A stretch of 64,000 nt of DNA, taken from IMG/VR virus record IMGVR_UViG_3300009156_000027, one strand, 5' to 3'. A program made the position numbers and the translations under genes. Below are positions 9,865 to 19,451 of the stretch, in pieces. The stretch's first letter is position 1, and each line of letters starts with the position of its first letter. The stretch is from a virus. A model generated the notes under the pieces. It was given only the letters and a program-made list of their open reading frames with translations. It was not told the DNA's origin and ran no database searches.

Positions 9865-10256
9865 TGGCTTCTGGTGCGTCGCTCACCGGCAAAGCGGAGA
9901 TGAAGACGAAGTTGGAAAACGTCGTCAAGAATTATCCTCGTAAAGTTGGTGATGCGCTTTATGCGGAAATGAAAATTGAACTGGTCGAAGTGATTCGGAG
10001 AACTCCAATTGAAAGCGGGGATCTTCGAAGCACAGAACATTTGATCGGACCAAGTGTCGACCAGAACAACAAAGTTTCTGTACTGATTGTTGCCGGAGGA
10101 CCGGACGCACCGTATGCCGTTATCGTTCACGAAGATTTGGAAGCGTTCCACAAGATCGGGCAAGCAAAGTACATTGAGTCCGTGATCATGGAGAGTCGCG
10201 CATACATCGGACAGCGGGTGGCGCGTCGGCTTAACATCGCAGACTGGGTGGCGTGA
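9864..10256 (+). CDS. Neck protein, HK97 gp10-like
   Basis: TPIESGDLRST, APYAVIVHE, GQAKYIE motifs. Confidence 0.8.
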   Translation: MASGASLTGKAEMKTKLENVVKNYPRKVGDALYAEMKIELVEVIRRTPIESGDLRSTEHLIGPSVDQNNKVSVLIVAGGPDAPYAVIVHEDLEAFHKIGQAKYIESVIMESRAYIGQRVARRLNIADWVA

Positions 10257-10257
10257 T

Positions 10258-10689
10258 ATGGGATGGTCTGAAGATGTAATGTTTATCTTATCGGGAGACG
10301 GTGTTGGACTCCCGAGAGTGAACATGTTCCGTTCAACGGCCAAGGTACTGCCTACTGGGCCAGGACCGTTTCTCTCTATCATCGAAACAGGAGGTACGAC
10401 ACCAGACAATACGCAAAACTCGGTCATCATCCCTGCGTATCAACGGCCAGGAGCGCAGATTGTTGTCCGAGCAGATAGTTACGTAGTCGCCTACGCAATG
10501 GCGAGAGCAGCGTATAACTCGTTGGTGAAGATCCGCAACGAGTACATCGGATCGGGAATTCTCAGTCCAACGGGAACCTGGTATCGAAAGATACGTCCAC
10601 TTCAGGAACCCAGTGACATTCTCGGTCTTGATGCAGAGGGCCGACCGCGTGTGTCTTTCAACATTCTAGGCGACAAACGACCGTCATAA
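10258..10689 (+). CDS. Tail terminator protein
   Basis: Position between neck and tail tube; P..QIVVRA..Y..A, Q.P..LG.D...RPR.SFN pattern. Confidence 0.75.
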   Translation: MGWSEDVMFILSGDGVGLPRVNMFRSTAKVLPTGPGPFLSIIETGGTTPDNTQNSVIIPAYQRPGAQIVVRADSYVVAYAMARAAYNSLVKIRNEYIGSGILSPTGTWYRKIRPLQEPSDILGLDAEGRPRVSFNILGDKRPS

Positions 10690-10701
10690 GGAGAAACGCA
10701 G

Positions 10702-11130
10702 ATGCCTTCAATCAGTACGGGGTTCGAGAGCAACGGTATTTCGGCACACGGAACGCTGGTCCAAAGGAACGGCGTCGAGATCGCCGAACTGAAAGACATC
10801 ACGCCGCCACCGCTGTCTCGGAAGCCGATCGAGACCTCAACACAGAACTCGTCGGATGACAGCTACGTGGTCGGCATCCGGCGAAAGGGTGAGCTCGGGT
10901 TCATGGTCAACTTCCTTCCCCAGAGTGAAGGAACGCACGACTCGGCGACGGGGTTGATCAAGGCCTGGCACGATGGGTCGAAAGATCGATACAACGTTTT
11001 GTACCCCGACGGATCGGATTGGATGTTCTCGGGCTTCGTGTCGAACATCGCGCCCAAGGCTCCGGTCGATGGCGGACTCGAAGCGCAGATCTCGATTCGG
11101 CCGTCCGGCGGACATATCTTCAATCCGTAG
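10702..11130 (+). CDS. Major tail tube protein
   Basis: 142 aa; IAELKDITPP.LSR..IETST, G.R..GEL.F.VNF, W.FSGFV pattern of lambda-V/TP901-like tubes. Confidence 0.85.
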   Translation: MPSISTGFESNGISAHGTLVQRNGVEIAELKDITPPPLSRKPIETSTQNSSDDSYVVGIRRKGELGFMVNFLPQSEGTHDSATGLIKAWHDGSKDRYNVLYPDGSDWMFSGFVSNIAPKAPVDGGLEAQISIRPSGGHIFNP

Positions 11131-11180
11131 TCGGTAGTCGACAGCGGGTTCGTTAACCACCAAACGAACGGAGCAGAGTA

Positions 11181-11627
11181 ATGGCAGACGCGAAAAAGGA
11201 AGCGGTTGTACTCGACGACAAGGATGCAGACATCTTCGAATCGATGGAAGACATCCTCGGGACCGACGGAACGGAGTATCGTACCGTCAAATCCTGGGGA
11301 GGAAAGATGGCTCGCATCGGGTCGTTGACCGCGGGTCAGCTGATCACGTTTCTCGAGAACAACGAGATCGCCGAGAAGAAGAGACAGAACGGATTGATGC
11401 TGATCGCATTGAGCTTGGTCAACAAGGAAGGCGAACGTCTCGTTGATGTTACCAACCCAGAAGCGGTGCAAGCCGCGATCGAGAAGCTCAAGACGAGAGA
11501 TGCGAACGCGAACGGGCATGTCGTCGAAGCCGTGCTCCTGCTCAACGGATTGAACAAGAAGGATGCGGTGAACATCGCAAAAAACGCCTTAGGCGAAGCT
11601 CCAACTGGCGCTTCGCCCACCGCCTAG
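11181..11627 (+). CDS. Tail assembly chaperone (gpG equivalent)
   Basis: Lies between tail tube and tape measure; contains an in-frame slippery heptamer near its 3' end. Confidence 0.8.
   Translation: MADAKKEAVVLDDKDADIFESMEDILGTDGTEYRTVKSWGGKMARIGSLTAGQLITFLENNEIAEKKRQNGLMLIALSLVNKEGERLVDVTNPEAVQAAIEKLKTRDANANGHVVEAVLLLNGLNKKDAVNIAKNALGEAPTGASPTA
11579..11585 (+). other. Programmed -1 ribosomal frameshift site A AAA AAC
   Basis: X XXY YYZ heptamer in the correct frame (GCA AAA AAC); the -1 frame is open and runs into ORF 11669-12004. Confidence 0.88.
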
Positions 11628-12004
11628 CACTCGAGTTCAAGATCCCTTCGGTACACACGCTACTGAGGATGCTTTCAGCAAAGGAGTTCATTGCGTGGCA
11701 GGCGTTTGACGAGATCGAACCGATCGGTGGGGTGCGTTTAGACTACCTCTTCGCGTCGGTGTGTTCGACACTCGTTAATCTGAGACGGGATATCGAGAAG
11801 CATCCGAAACCGTTTCCGGTTAGCGACTTCCTTCTGAAGTGGGGAGAGAAGAAAGCCGGGCAGCCGGCTGAGCCTCCTCGCAAGACGTGGCAACAATTAA
11901 AGTTGATCGGACAGGTGTTGGCGGCGTCGTACAATATGATGGAAGAAGCGGACAGGGAGAAGAGAGAACGACTTCGTCGGAAGAGGGAGAAGAACCGTGG
12001 CTGA
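11585..12004 (+). CDS. Tail assembly chaperone -1 frame extension (gpT equivalent)
   Basis: -1 frame reads RLRRSSNWRFAHRLALEFKIPSVHTLLRMLSAKEFIAWQAFDEIEPIGGVRLD, a typical gpT-like pattern. Confidence 0.85.
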   Translation, partial: RLRRSSNWRFAHRLALEFKIPSVHTLLRMLSAKEFIAWQAFDEIEPIGGVRLDYLFASVCSTLVNLRRDIEKHPKPFPVSDFLLKWGEKKAGQPAEPPRKTWQQLKLIGQVLAASYNMMEEADREKRERLRRKREKNRG

Positions 12005-14702
12005 AGGTGGACTGTCAATCGGAACATTGTCGGGCCGGATCGAACTGGACGACAAGTTTACCGCTACGCTCACGATCTCCAACGAAGCTCTCGACGCTCT
12101 CGAGAAACGTTTCGGTGGTGTGCATGCTTCCGCGGTCCATGTGGCCGAAGGTATGCTCATCGCCGAAACGGCAATCGAAGCGGTAAAGGAAGTTGCGCAT
12201 CTTGCGGCCGAAGCCCTTTCCGAGATCACCGTTGAAGGTGCGAAGGTTGCAGATGTCGAACAGAATTTCAATCGTCTCACACTCGCTGCGGGAGATCTGG
12301 GCGAAGAACTTCTCGGGAGTCTGAAGAAAGGAACTCACGATACTATCACCGACTTTGAACTCATGAAGTCGGTTAATGATAACTTGGCAGCGGGTGTTAA
12401 ACTCACCGACGCACAGTATAGTACTTTGGCAACCGGAGCCTTCGCGCTTGCCCAGGCGAAGGGAATGGAAGTCAAGGACGCATTCGAGCGTATTAACGAT
12501 GCTCTACTCACCGGCAGGGTTCGTGGGGTGCAGTACCTAACCGGTAAACTCGACCTGGCGGCAGCCGAAGAGGCCTATGCGAAATCCATCGGTACGACAG
12601 CTGAACGATTGGATGCTGAAGAAAAAGTTGAAGCTGCTCGTGTTGCGATACTTGATCGAGTGTCTGCGTCCGTGCAGCGACTCGGCGAACAACACGATGG
12701 GCTCGATGAGAAGATCGCACAGGCGGGTGTCCGATGGAAGAACTTCCAAGAAGACCTCGGCAAGATGGTCGCCACATCACCGGTCATCCTTCATGCATTC
12801 GACGAAGTCAGTGATATCCTCACCGAAGCCTTCGGTACGGATAAAGAGCATCTCATCGAAGTCATCGTCGGAAAAGTTGAAGGACTCGCCGTCGCGGGAG
12901 TCGAAGTCGTTCGGGTTGGTACGGACGTCGTCAAGTTCATGGTTGAGTGGCGGTCGATACTCGAACCACTAGCAGTGGGTTTGGGTGGAATCACCACAGC
13001 ACTCGTTGCCGTCAAACTCGGTGAGGAAGCGGTAGAGACCGCGAGCAAGTTCTGGGTAGCACTCACACCAGGAGTACTCGCTTTCGGTGCCGCGGCCGCT
13101 TCAGTGTATGCCGCGTTCGAACTCGGTAAGTGGCAACCGGTATCCGACTTCTTTGAACAACTTGGTCTGGAAGTCTTCTATGGTTTGAGTTCGCAAGAAG
13201 CGTTCGTTGCCGTCCAGACCCATCACATGACCGACGAGATGGTCAAAGCTACCGCAGCTGCGAAAGAGCATTCGGCGGCAGCCGAGGAGATTGCGCTCGC
13301 TACCCAGAATTGGCGTGAGGTGATCCTGACGATCAGTCCTGAGATCGCAAATGAAGCGGAGCATCTGCTTGCGTCTGGAGTATCCGCGAAGACGGTGGCG
13401 GAGGAATTCAAACTCACGGCAGGTCAAACCAAAGCATTGCAATCTGAGTTGGCGGAGAACGCCCGAATCGCGGAGCACAACGAGAAGATGCTCGCTCAGA
13501 TGAACGAAACCGTTAAACTCTCGAAGAAAGAGTTGAAGGACTTTGCGGATACGTGGGAGAGCTTAAATTCGATTGGACATTCCTACGAAGAAACCCTCGC
13601 TGGGGTCAATCCGAAGATCGTCGAATCGGTGAAGTACTATGCGGACCTTGGCGCGTCCGTAAATGACTTGGAGAAAGCGTTCCCCGGTCTGACCAAGGCG
13701 CAAGCTGAGGCCGCAGTACAAGGTGCAAAGTCGGCTCTTGAAATTCAGAAAGCGTGGACCGACGTCTTCGCGATTCAAATGAAGTTGCACGGTGACAACA
13801 TCGATGACTTCATCAAGCTGGAAACCAGGCGCTTCGATACGCACATTAAACAATTGGAGCAGGAAGGGAAGCTCACCGAGGACCGTCTCAATGCCGAGAA
13901 GGCATTGTACATGTCAACGATCGAAGCGGAGATCCAAAAGCGAACCGAACAGATTGATACTTCTCGAGCCTTCTTTCAAAAGGAAGCCGACGAAGCCAAG
14001 GCGAAGCTCGATCTGATGATCGAAAATTCTGGGGACTTCGTCGAACAAGATATTCAACTCGCACGACAGCAGTACGCCGAGAAAGAACGAATCCTTGAAC
14101 ACTGGGCAGCGTACGCCAACGAGAAGATCGAAGCGAAAACCGCAAAGGACAAAGAAGAACTCGGAAAGCAAGGTCGAGCAATCGACGAAATGTCGACCCA
14201 TTGGAATGGAGCGAACGCCGCCATCGATATGAACATTCAGAAGGTGCGAACACTTTCTGGAGAATTGATTTCGTTGGCGGAATTCCAAAAGAGACAATCC
14301 GCTGGAAGTTCGATGACGTACGACCTGTCAACCAAAGCGGGTCTCGATACCTTCCACAAGTTGAATCCGGCCGCAACGTCAAGTTACAGCGACCAGCAAA
14401 TCATGTATGCGGTTCAGCATGGTGCGTCGTTGCAGTCGTTGATCCAAGCAGGTATCATTAGTCTCTATGGGAAGGGAATGCCGGGGTTCGCAGGAGGTAC
14501 GGGCGGTGAGTACGTCGACTTCGGTCCAGGAACGATCGCAATGCTCCACGGAAAGGAAGCGATTGTTCCTGAAGGACAAGGCCTTGGCGGTGGTCATCTC
14601 GAGATGAACTTCTACGTCAACGGTACCGCGGTGCAAGTCGCTCAACAAATCAAAGAACTCATCATGCGGGAATTGAAGGGCATCAAACAATTCGGGGCCT
14701 AA
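11997..14702 (+). CDS. Tape measure protein
   Basis: 901 aa, Ala-rich helical, N-terminal IGTLSGRIELDD, central hydrophobic stretch, C-terminal G.....AMLHGKEAIVP; follows the chaperones. Confidence 0.92.
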   Translation: MAEGGLSIGTLSGRIELDDKFTATLTISNEALDALEKRFGGVHASAVHVAEGMLIAETAIEAVKEVAHLAAEALSEITVEGAKVADVEQNFNRLTLAAGDLGEELLGSLKKGTHDTITDFELMKSVNDNLAAGVKLTDAQYSTLATGAFALAQAKGMEVKDAFERINDALLTGRVRGVQYLTGKLDLAAAEEAYAKSIGTTAERLDAEEKVEAARVAILDRVSASVQRLGEQHDGLDEKIAQAGVRWKNFQEDLGKMVATSPVILHAFDEVSDILTEAFGTDKEHLIEVIVGKVEGLAVAGVEVVRVGTDVVKFMVEWRSILEPLAVGLGGITTALVAVKLGEEAVETASKFWVALTPGVLAFGAAAASVYAAFELGKWQPVSDFFEQLGLEVFYGLSSQEAFVAVQTHHMTDEMVKATAAAKEHSAAAEEIALATQNWREVILTISPEIANEAEHLLASGVSAKTVAEEFKLTAGQTKALQSELAENARIAEHNEKMLAQMNETVKLSKKELKDFADTWESLNSIGHSYEETLAGVNPKIVESVKYYADLGASVNDLEKAFPGLTKAQAEAAVQGAKSALEIQKAWTDVFAIQMKLHGDNIDDFIKLETRRFDTHIKQLEQEGKLTEDRLNAEKALYMSTIEAEIQKRTEQIDTSRAFFQKEADEAKAKLDLMIENSGDFVEQDIQLARQQYAEKERILEHWAAYANEKIEAKTAKDKEELGKQGRAIDEMSTHWNGANAAIDMNIQKVRTLSGELISLAEFQKRQSAGSSMTYDLSTKAGLDTFHKLNPAATSSYSDQQIMYAVQHGASLQSLIQAGIISLYGKGMPGFAGGTGGEYVDFGPGTIAMLHGKEAIVPEGQGLGGGHLEMNFYVNGTAVQVAQQIKELIMRELKGIKQFGA

Positions 14703-14715
14703 GAGGAGCTAAGCT

Positions 14716-15279
14716 ATGTCATCACAATCGTGGGGAGAAGTTCTCGTTACTTCGCAATCAGACGGAGCGACGTTGACGGCCGCAGCCGCCGCGTCAGCAA
14801 TTCCGGCGCAGGCGAAGTATACGCTACCGGCGAACTTCTTCAAGAAGATCGGTGACAAAATTCTCGTTCGTGGCAACGGACGGTTGTCAACCGTTGCGAC
14901 GACACCGGGAACATGGCGGTTTGACGTTCGATTCGGCGCGACCATCGTGTTCGATACGTTGGCTGGTGCATTCAATGCAGCGACGAACGCCTACACCACC
15001 GTGGGCTTCGCATTCGAGTTCGTCTTGACGGCTCGTACGATTGGTTCTGCGGCCAGCTTGATGCAAGGTGGGTGGTTCACCGCACCCAATATCAAGGGTG
15101 GTGCGGACGTCGCGATGCCGATCGGCGGCGTCAACGCGTTGGTACCGTGGAATACTGCACCAGCCGTTGGTGCTACGTTCGACTCGAGCATCTCACAGCA
15201 AGTCGATCTATTCTGGACGCAGACCGTGGCAACGGGGTCGATGACATTGCATCAGTATGAACTTGTTTCCTTGAACTAA
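14716..15279 (+). CDS. Virion/tail protein in the distal-tail position
   Basis: 187 aa beta-rich protein directly after the tape measure gene; no recognisable family. Confidence 0.55.
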   Translation: MSSQSWGEVLVTSQSDGATLTAAAAASAIPAQAKYTLPANFFKKIGDKILVRGNGRLSTVATTPGTWRFDVRFGATIVFDTLAGAFNAATNAYTTVGFAFEFVLTARTIGSAASLMQGGWFTAPNIKGGADVAMPIGGVNALVPWNTAPAVGATFDSSISQQVDLFWTQTVATGSMTLHQYELVSLN

Positions 15280-15283
15280 CGTT

Positions 15284-18200
15284 ATGCCGTCTGGACCTGG
15301 ACATCCGCAATTCACTGGACCGATCGCTGAGTTCAAGCGACCGGACGCCTTCACCACGAAACCGGTTATTACGAACGTCTCCCCAAATGCTGGGCGGATC
15401 AGCGGAGGGGAATCGATCACACTCACCGGATCACATTTCTCTGGAGTTGAATCGGTTCTGTTCGGTAGTCAACCGGCGACTTCTGTTGTTATCGTTAGCG
15501 ATACTTCGATCACTCTTGTTGCTCCCGCGCAAACGGAAGCCGGTCTCGTCGATGTTTCTGTTGTAAAAGGTTCCGAGACCGGAACGATTCTCAATGCGTA
15601 CACCTATGTCGAGGGTGTCATCACCAAGATCACTCCCAGCCATGGTCCCTTTGGTGGTGGCACTCAGGTTCAGATTGAAGGGTACAACTTCGTTACCGGA
15701 TCAACGATTACCTTCGGAGGTGAGCCTGCGACAAACGTCGTGTTTATTGACGAGAACCATTTCTCGGCGGTCACTCCGGCACACGCACGTGGCTATGTTG
15801 ACGTTGTTATTACGGAGCCTCTAACCGCCGAGGTTACATTTCGAAACGGCTTCCAATTCACCTTTCTCACCAGAGGAGATGACATTCGACGGCAACCCGG
15901 AATTTCGATCCGGGACGTTCTGAGTAGCGAACCGAATACCTGTAACATGGTTATCGATGGGGAGAGCAACACTCCAACCATCGGGGAAGTCATTGAGATC
16001 ATTGATTCCGCGGACGGGAATCGTTTGCTCTTCCGTGGCTCGGTACTTACGATCGATCAGAACTACGAAGGTCAGACGGATCAGTTGTGTTGGGCGACTC
16101 GTTGTGTTGACTTTACGTGGCTCTTCAATCGTCGTCGTCCGGTTGGACACTTCTCCCAGGTATCAGTATCGGATGTTGTAAAGAGTTTGGTGACGAGTTT
16201 CGCTCCAGGGTTCACGACGAACCATGTTCAGACCAACCTCGCAAAGGTCTCGGTCTCTCTCGATGGATCTCAAGACTTCATCTCAGTGATGAATGACTTG
16301 GCCGCAGCCATTGGTGGGGGTCATTGGTACATTGACTACGACATGGATGTACATTTCTTCCATGTGGTACCGGCCTCGTTGGAAGTGCCTCCGTCGTTGA
16401 TGCCAACCGATACCAGTCACATGACCGTGGCTGAAGGGTCAAACATCCCAACAACGTTTAGTTATGAGCCTGGGTACTATCTGTTCCGTCATTCATTCCT
16501 TTACAGCGATGGAACCGAGTCTGTACTGAAAGCCGTATCGAACATGTTGACGGCGACGGGGTTCAAACAGCTGTCGTTTACAGGAATCCCTACCGGAGCG
16601 AATCCAGGTGGTGGCATCACCTGTGTGGGTCGTCGAATCTACTACAATCGGTGGATCGCCTATACGAAAGAGCAGAGTCCGATTGAGAATATTCGAGGAT
16701 TCATTCAGATCAACGACAACGTCACAACAGCGTTTACGACGAACTTCAAAACTAACGGCATCAGCATCACTGCCGTTGAACTCGAGGATACTCAACAACC
16801 GATTAAGGGATTTACGGGACACCCAGTGGGACCATCGAATGCACCCTCAGCTACGGGTGTGGTGTTGAACGGAGGACAGTCGCTCTGGGGCGGTGGTGCG
16901 TGGCAATTCAAGGTGGCGTATCTCTATCGGGATGGAAGCGTGTCGATGCCGAGTCCGGCGTCGAATACGGTTGTTCAACAGTTGATCCTAGGGCAATTTC
17001 TTAGTGGTTTCAATCTGACGGGTATTCAGACGGGACCGGTCATTGGTACGTTGGACGTCGTCGCTCGATTCATCTACATGGGCGCGGGATTGTTGAAGAA
17101 CCCGAACTTCAGTTTGACCGCGCCTGGTGCGGCGGGTTTTCCGCTCGGTACGAATTCGAGTCCCGAAGGTTTCAACGATCCGACATGGGGTTCTAACGTC
17201 ACGGGCATCATCATTGTACCGGACAACACAACGACCGATCTGTCGAATTTCTCGCATGCGGATTATGGTTACATTGATCCGAACGGAGCGTACCTGCCGG
17301 GATTGCTCGTAGGTGGTTTCGGAGCGAACCTGCCATACGATAGCGGATCCATCTTGTCTGTCGATCCCGTTCCGATCTGGCCGAATCCTGACGGACCGTA
17401 TCTCGAAGATGTCGATCCTCCAGACGATCTGACCGATGACAACCCGCTGACACTACACCAGGATGCGGGTCAGAGCTTTACGGTTACGGTCGATCTCAGT
17501 CAGGTACGAAACCGAGTCATCGTATTAGGTTCGGGAAGTTTGTCGTCGCTGACCGCGAAGATCGGAGACACACAAGTCTTTGTTGCAGATATCTCGAACT
17601 TCTCTCCGTCTGGTGGTCGTGTGCGTATCGAGGATGCGGCGTCGTTCCAACGATTCGAGATTGGTTACGTTGGTGTCACCGGTGTCCCCGGTCGCGCAGC
17701 GATTCAACTTCGATCCGCTTTGACTGTGAACCTTGCGCAGGGTTCTACAGTAGTGAACTTCTTCCAAGCGGACGACTTCGAATCGCAGAAACTTCTTGCG
17801 AAAGCTGAACTCGACGCCAACGGGAATGAGACGGACGGTATTCACGAATACGTTATCTCAGATGGTTCGCTCAAAGCGGTGTTCCAGTTATTCATGCGAG
17901 CGCACGCTGAGTTAGAAATGTATTCTCGGCCGATCGTTCAGATTCGATTTGCATCTCGTGATCCGAAGATGAAGTCCGGGCAGATGGTGCATGTCGATCA
18001 AACCGATCCGCCGTGCCAAGGCGACTTTCTGATCCAAGAAGTGACCATCGATCAGATCGGAGACGAAGCCGAACTCAGTATGCTGTCGCCACGGTATACG
18101 GTAACTGCGACGTCGAGTCGGTTCGAGCTAAACGATCTGCTCTTGCGAATTATTGGTGGTCAGATTGGACAGAGTGTTTCTTCTGCCGGTATTGCGACGG

Positions 18201-18916
18201 CGGGCACCTCTGCCGCGCAGACCTTGGCTCGAGGCAACCTCTCCGCAGTCACCGGACAAACGTCTCGCGCATTCACCGCGGCATGGATCGAGAGTACGTC
18301 AACCACCATGGCGCAGGTGCCGGCATCATGCTGGCAGAATACGCAGGGTACGTTCAGTAGTGTGATCGACACAACCTCAATGTGGTTGCGAGCAACAGCG
18401 GCAACGGCGCTTCAACAGAACCAACCTGGTGGCGCCAATCGATGTTGGCTGGAGCATCTCCCGTTCTTCCAAGTGAAGTTCCGAACGGGACCAGCGGCGG
18501 CAGACGTCACTGGTGTCGAGTTCTGGATCAGTTGGGGAGCTACGGTGTCACCGCAATTGAACGCACAGTTCCAGGCCTCGGGTGTTGGCCAGAAAGGATT
18601 GGGGTTTCGGTATTCCTCGGCGGCTGGAGATGGTGGGTTCAGACCTTTCACTCACGATGCGACCAACGGCATCGCGGGTCAGACGATGTATCCGTCGTTG
18701 ATCTCGGTAGCGCCAGCGACGATCTACGTGTGTACGATCAATGTCATTTCGGCGACGCAGGCAATCTTGGACATCAACGGATTCTCACAGACAGTAGCGA
18801 TTCCTGCAAGTGCGTTGAGTACGCTCATGGGTGGGAACATCATCATGTATGCGGAAGACGGTGTGACGACAACCAAGCGACTCGACTTCCACAGTATGTA
18901 TCTGGAACGTGGCTAA
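15284..18916 (+). CDS. Large tail tip/baseplate hub protein with two N-terminal IPT/TIG domains
   Basis: Two repeats P.IT.VSP..G...GG..ITL.G..F......FG...AT.V..V.D..I....PA; hub-like segments (LLFRGSV...RCVDFTWL; SQVRNRVIVLG; GDFLIQEV); C-terminal beta-sandwich. Confidence 0.8.
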   Translation: MPSGPGHPQFTGPIAEFKRPDAFTTKPVITNVSPNAGRISGGESITLTGSHFSGVESVLFGSQPATSVVIVSDTSITLVAPAQTEAGLVDVSVVKGSETGTILNAYTYVEGVITKITPSHGPFGGGTQVQIEGYNFVTGSTITFGGEPATNVVFIDENHFSAVTPAHARGYVDVVITEPLTAEVTFRNGFQFTFLTRGDDIRRQPGISIRDVLSSEPNTCNMVIDGESNTPTIGEVIEIIDSADGNRLLFRGSVLTIDQNYEGQTDQLCWATRCVDFTWLFNRRRPVGHFSQVSVSDVVKSLVTSFAPGFTTNHVQTNLAKVSVSLDGSQDFISVMNDLAAAIGGGHWYIDYDMDVHFFHVVPASLEVPPSLMPTDTSHMTVAEGSNIPTTFSYEPGYYLFRHSFLYSDGTESVLKAVSNMLTATGFKQLSFTGIPTGANPGGGITCVGRRIYYNRWIAYTKEQSPIENIRGFIQINDNVTTAFTTNFKTNGISITAVELEDTQQPIKGFTGHPVGPSNAPSATGVVLNGGQSLWGGGAWQFKVAYLYRDGSVSMPSPASNTVVQQLILGQFLSGFNLTGIQTGPVIGTLDVVARFIYMGAGLLKNPNFSLTAPGAAGFPLGTNSSPEGFNDPTWGSNVTGIIIVPDNTTTDLSNFSHADYGYIDPNGAYLPGLLVGGFGANLPYDSGSILSVDPVPIWPNPDGPYLEDVDPPDDLTDDNPLTLHQDAGQSFTVTVDLSQVRNRVIVLGSGSLSSLTAKIGDTQVFVADISNFSPSGGRVRIEDAASFQRFEIGYVGVTGVPGRAAIQLRSALTVNLAQGSTVVNFFQADDFESQKLLAKAELDANGNETDGIHEYVISDGSLKAVFQLFMRAHAELEMYSRPIVQIRFASRDPKMKSGQMVHVDQTDPPCQGDFLIQEVTIDQIGDEAELSMLSPRYTVTATSSRFELNDLLLRIIGGQIGQSVSSAGIATAGTSAAQTLARGNLSAVTGQTSRAFTAAWIESTSTTMAQVPASCWQNTQGTFSSVIDTTSMWLRATAATALQQNQPGGANRCWLEHLPFFQVKFRTGPAAADVTGVEFWISWGATVSPQLNAQFQASGVGQKGLGFRYSSAAGDGGFRPFTHDATNGIAGQTMYPSLISVAPATIYVCTINVISATQAILDINGFSQTVAIPASALSTLMGGNIIMYAEDGVTTTKRLDFHSMYLERG

Positions 18917-19443
18917 TGGATTTTCTCCAAGTCGAAATCAACGCGGCGGCAAACCGTCACGGTCTCAAACCGTTGGATGTGGCCGCGATCGTTTCTGTTG
19001 AATCCAGCTTCAATCCTTGGGCGTGGAATCCGGAACCTCGGTACCGCTACCTCTGGGATACGAAACAGAAGACGCCGTTCCGACCGTTGCTCCCGGCAGA
19101 GATTCTTTCGGAGTATCCGCCCAAAGACTTTCACAGTATGTACGGTGATCCTGATAACGAGTGGTGGGGTCAGTCATGCTCGTGGGGATTGATGCAAGTG
19201 ATGGGCGCGGTGGCTCGAGAGCATGGCTTCCAAGGAGCGTATCTCACCCAGCTATGCGATCCAGTTATCAATCTCGAATACGGATGTAAACAACTCGCAG
19301 CCTTGTTCCGATGGTCCGGTGGTGAAGAGGAGCCGGCATTCGCCGCCTACAACGGTGGCAAGGTGGGTAATCTCCATAGACCATTTCGGAACCAAAATTA
19401 TGTAGTCAAAGTTCTTGCGGCGCGTTCGTCCCTCAAACCTTAG
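18916..19443 (+). CDS. Endolysin, lytic transglycosylase (SLT) domain
   Basis: TAATG overlap; AAIVSVESSFNP, SWGLMQVM, DP..NLEYG, AAYNGG motifs. Confidence 0.9.
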   Translation: MDFLQVEINAAANRHGLKPLDVAAIVSVESSFNPWAWNPEPRYRYLWDTKQKTPFRPLLPAEILSEYPPKDFHSMYGDPDNEWWGQSCSWGLMQVMGAVAREHGFQGAYLTQLCDPVINLEYGCKQLAALFRWSGGEEEPAFAAYNGGKVGNLHRPFRNQNYVVKVLAARSSLKP

Positions 19444-19451
19444 GAGCCACC

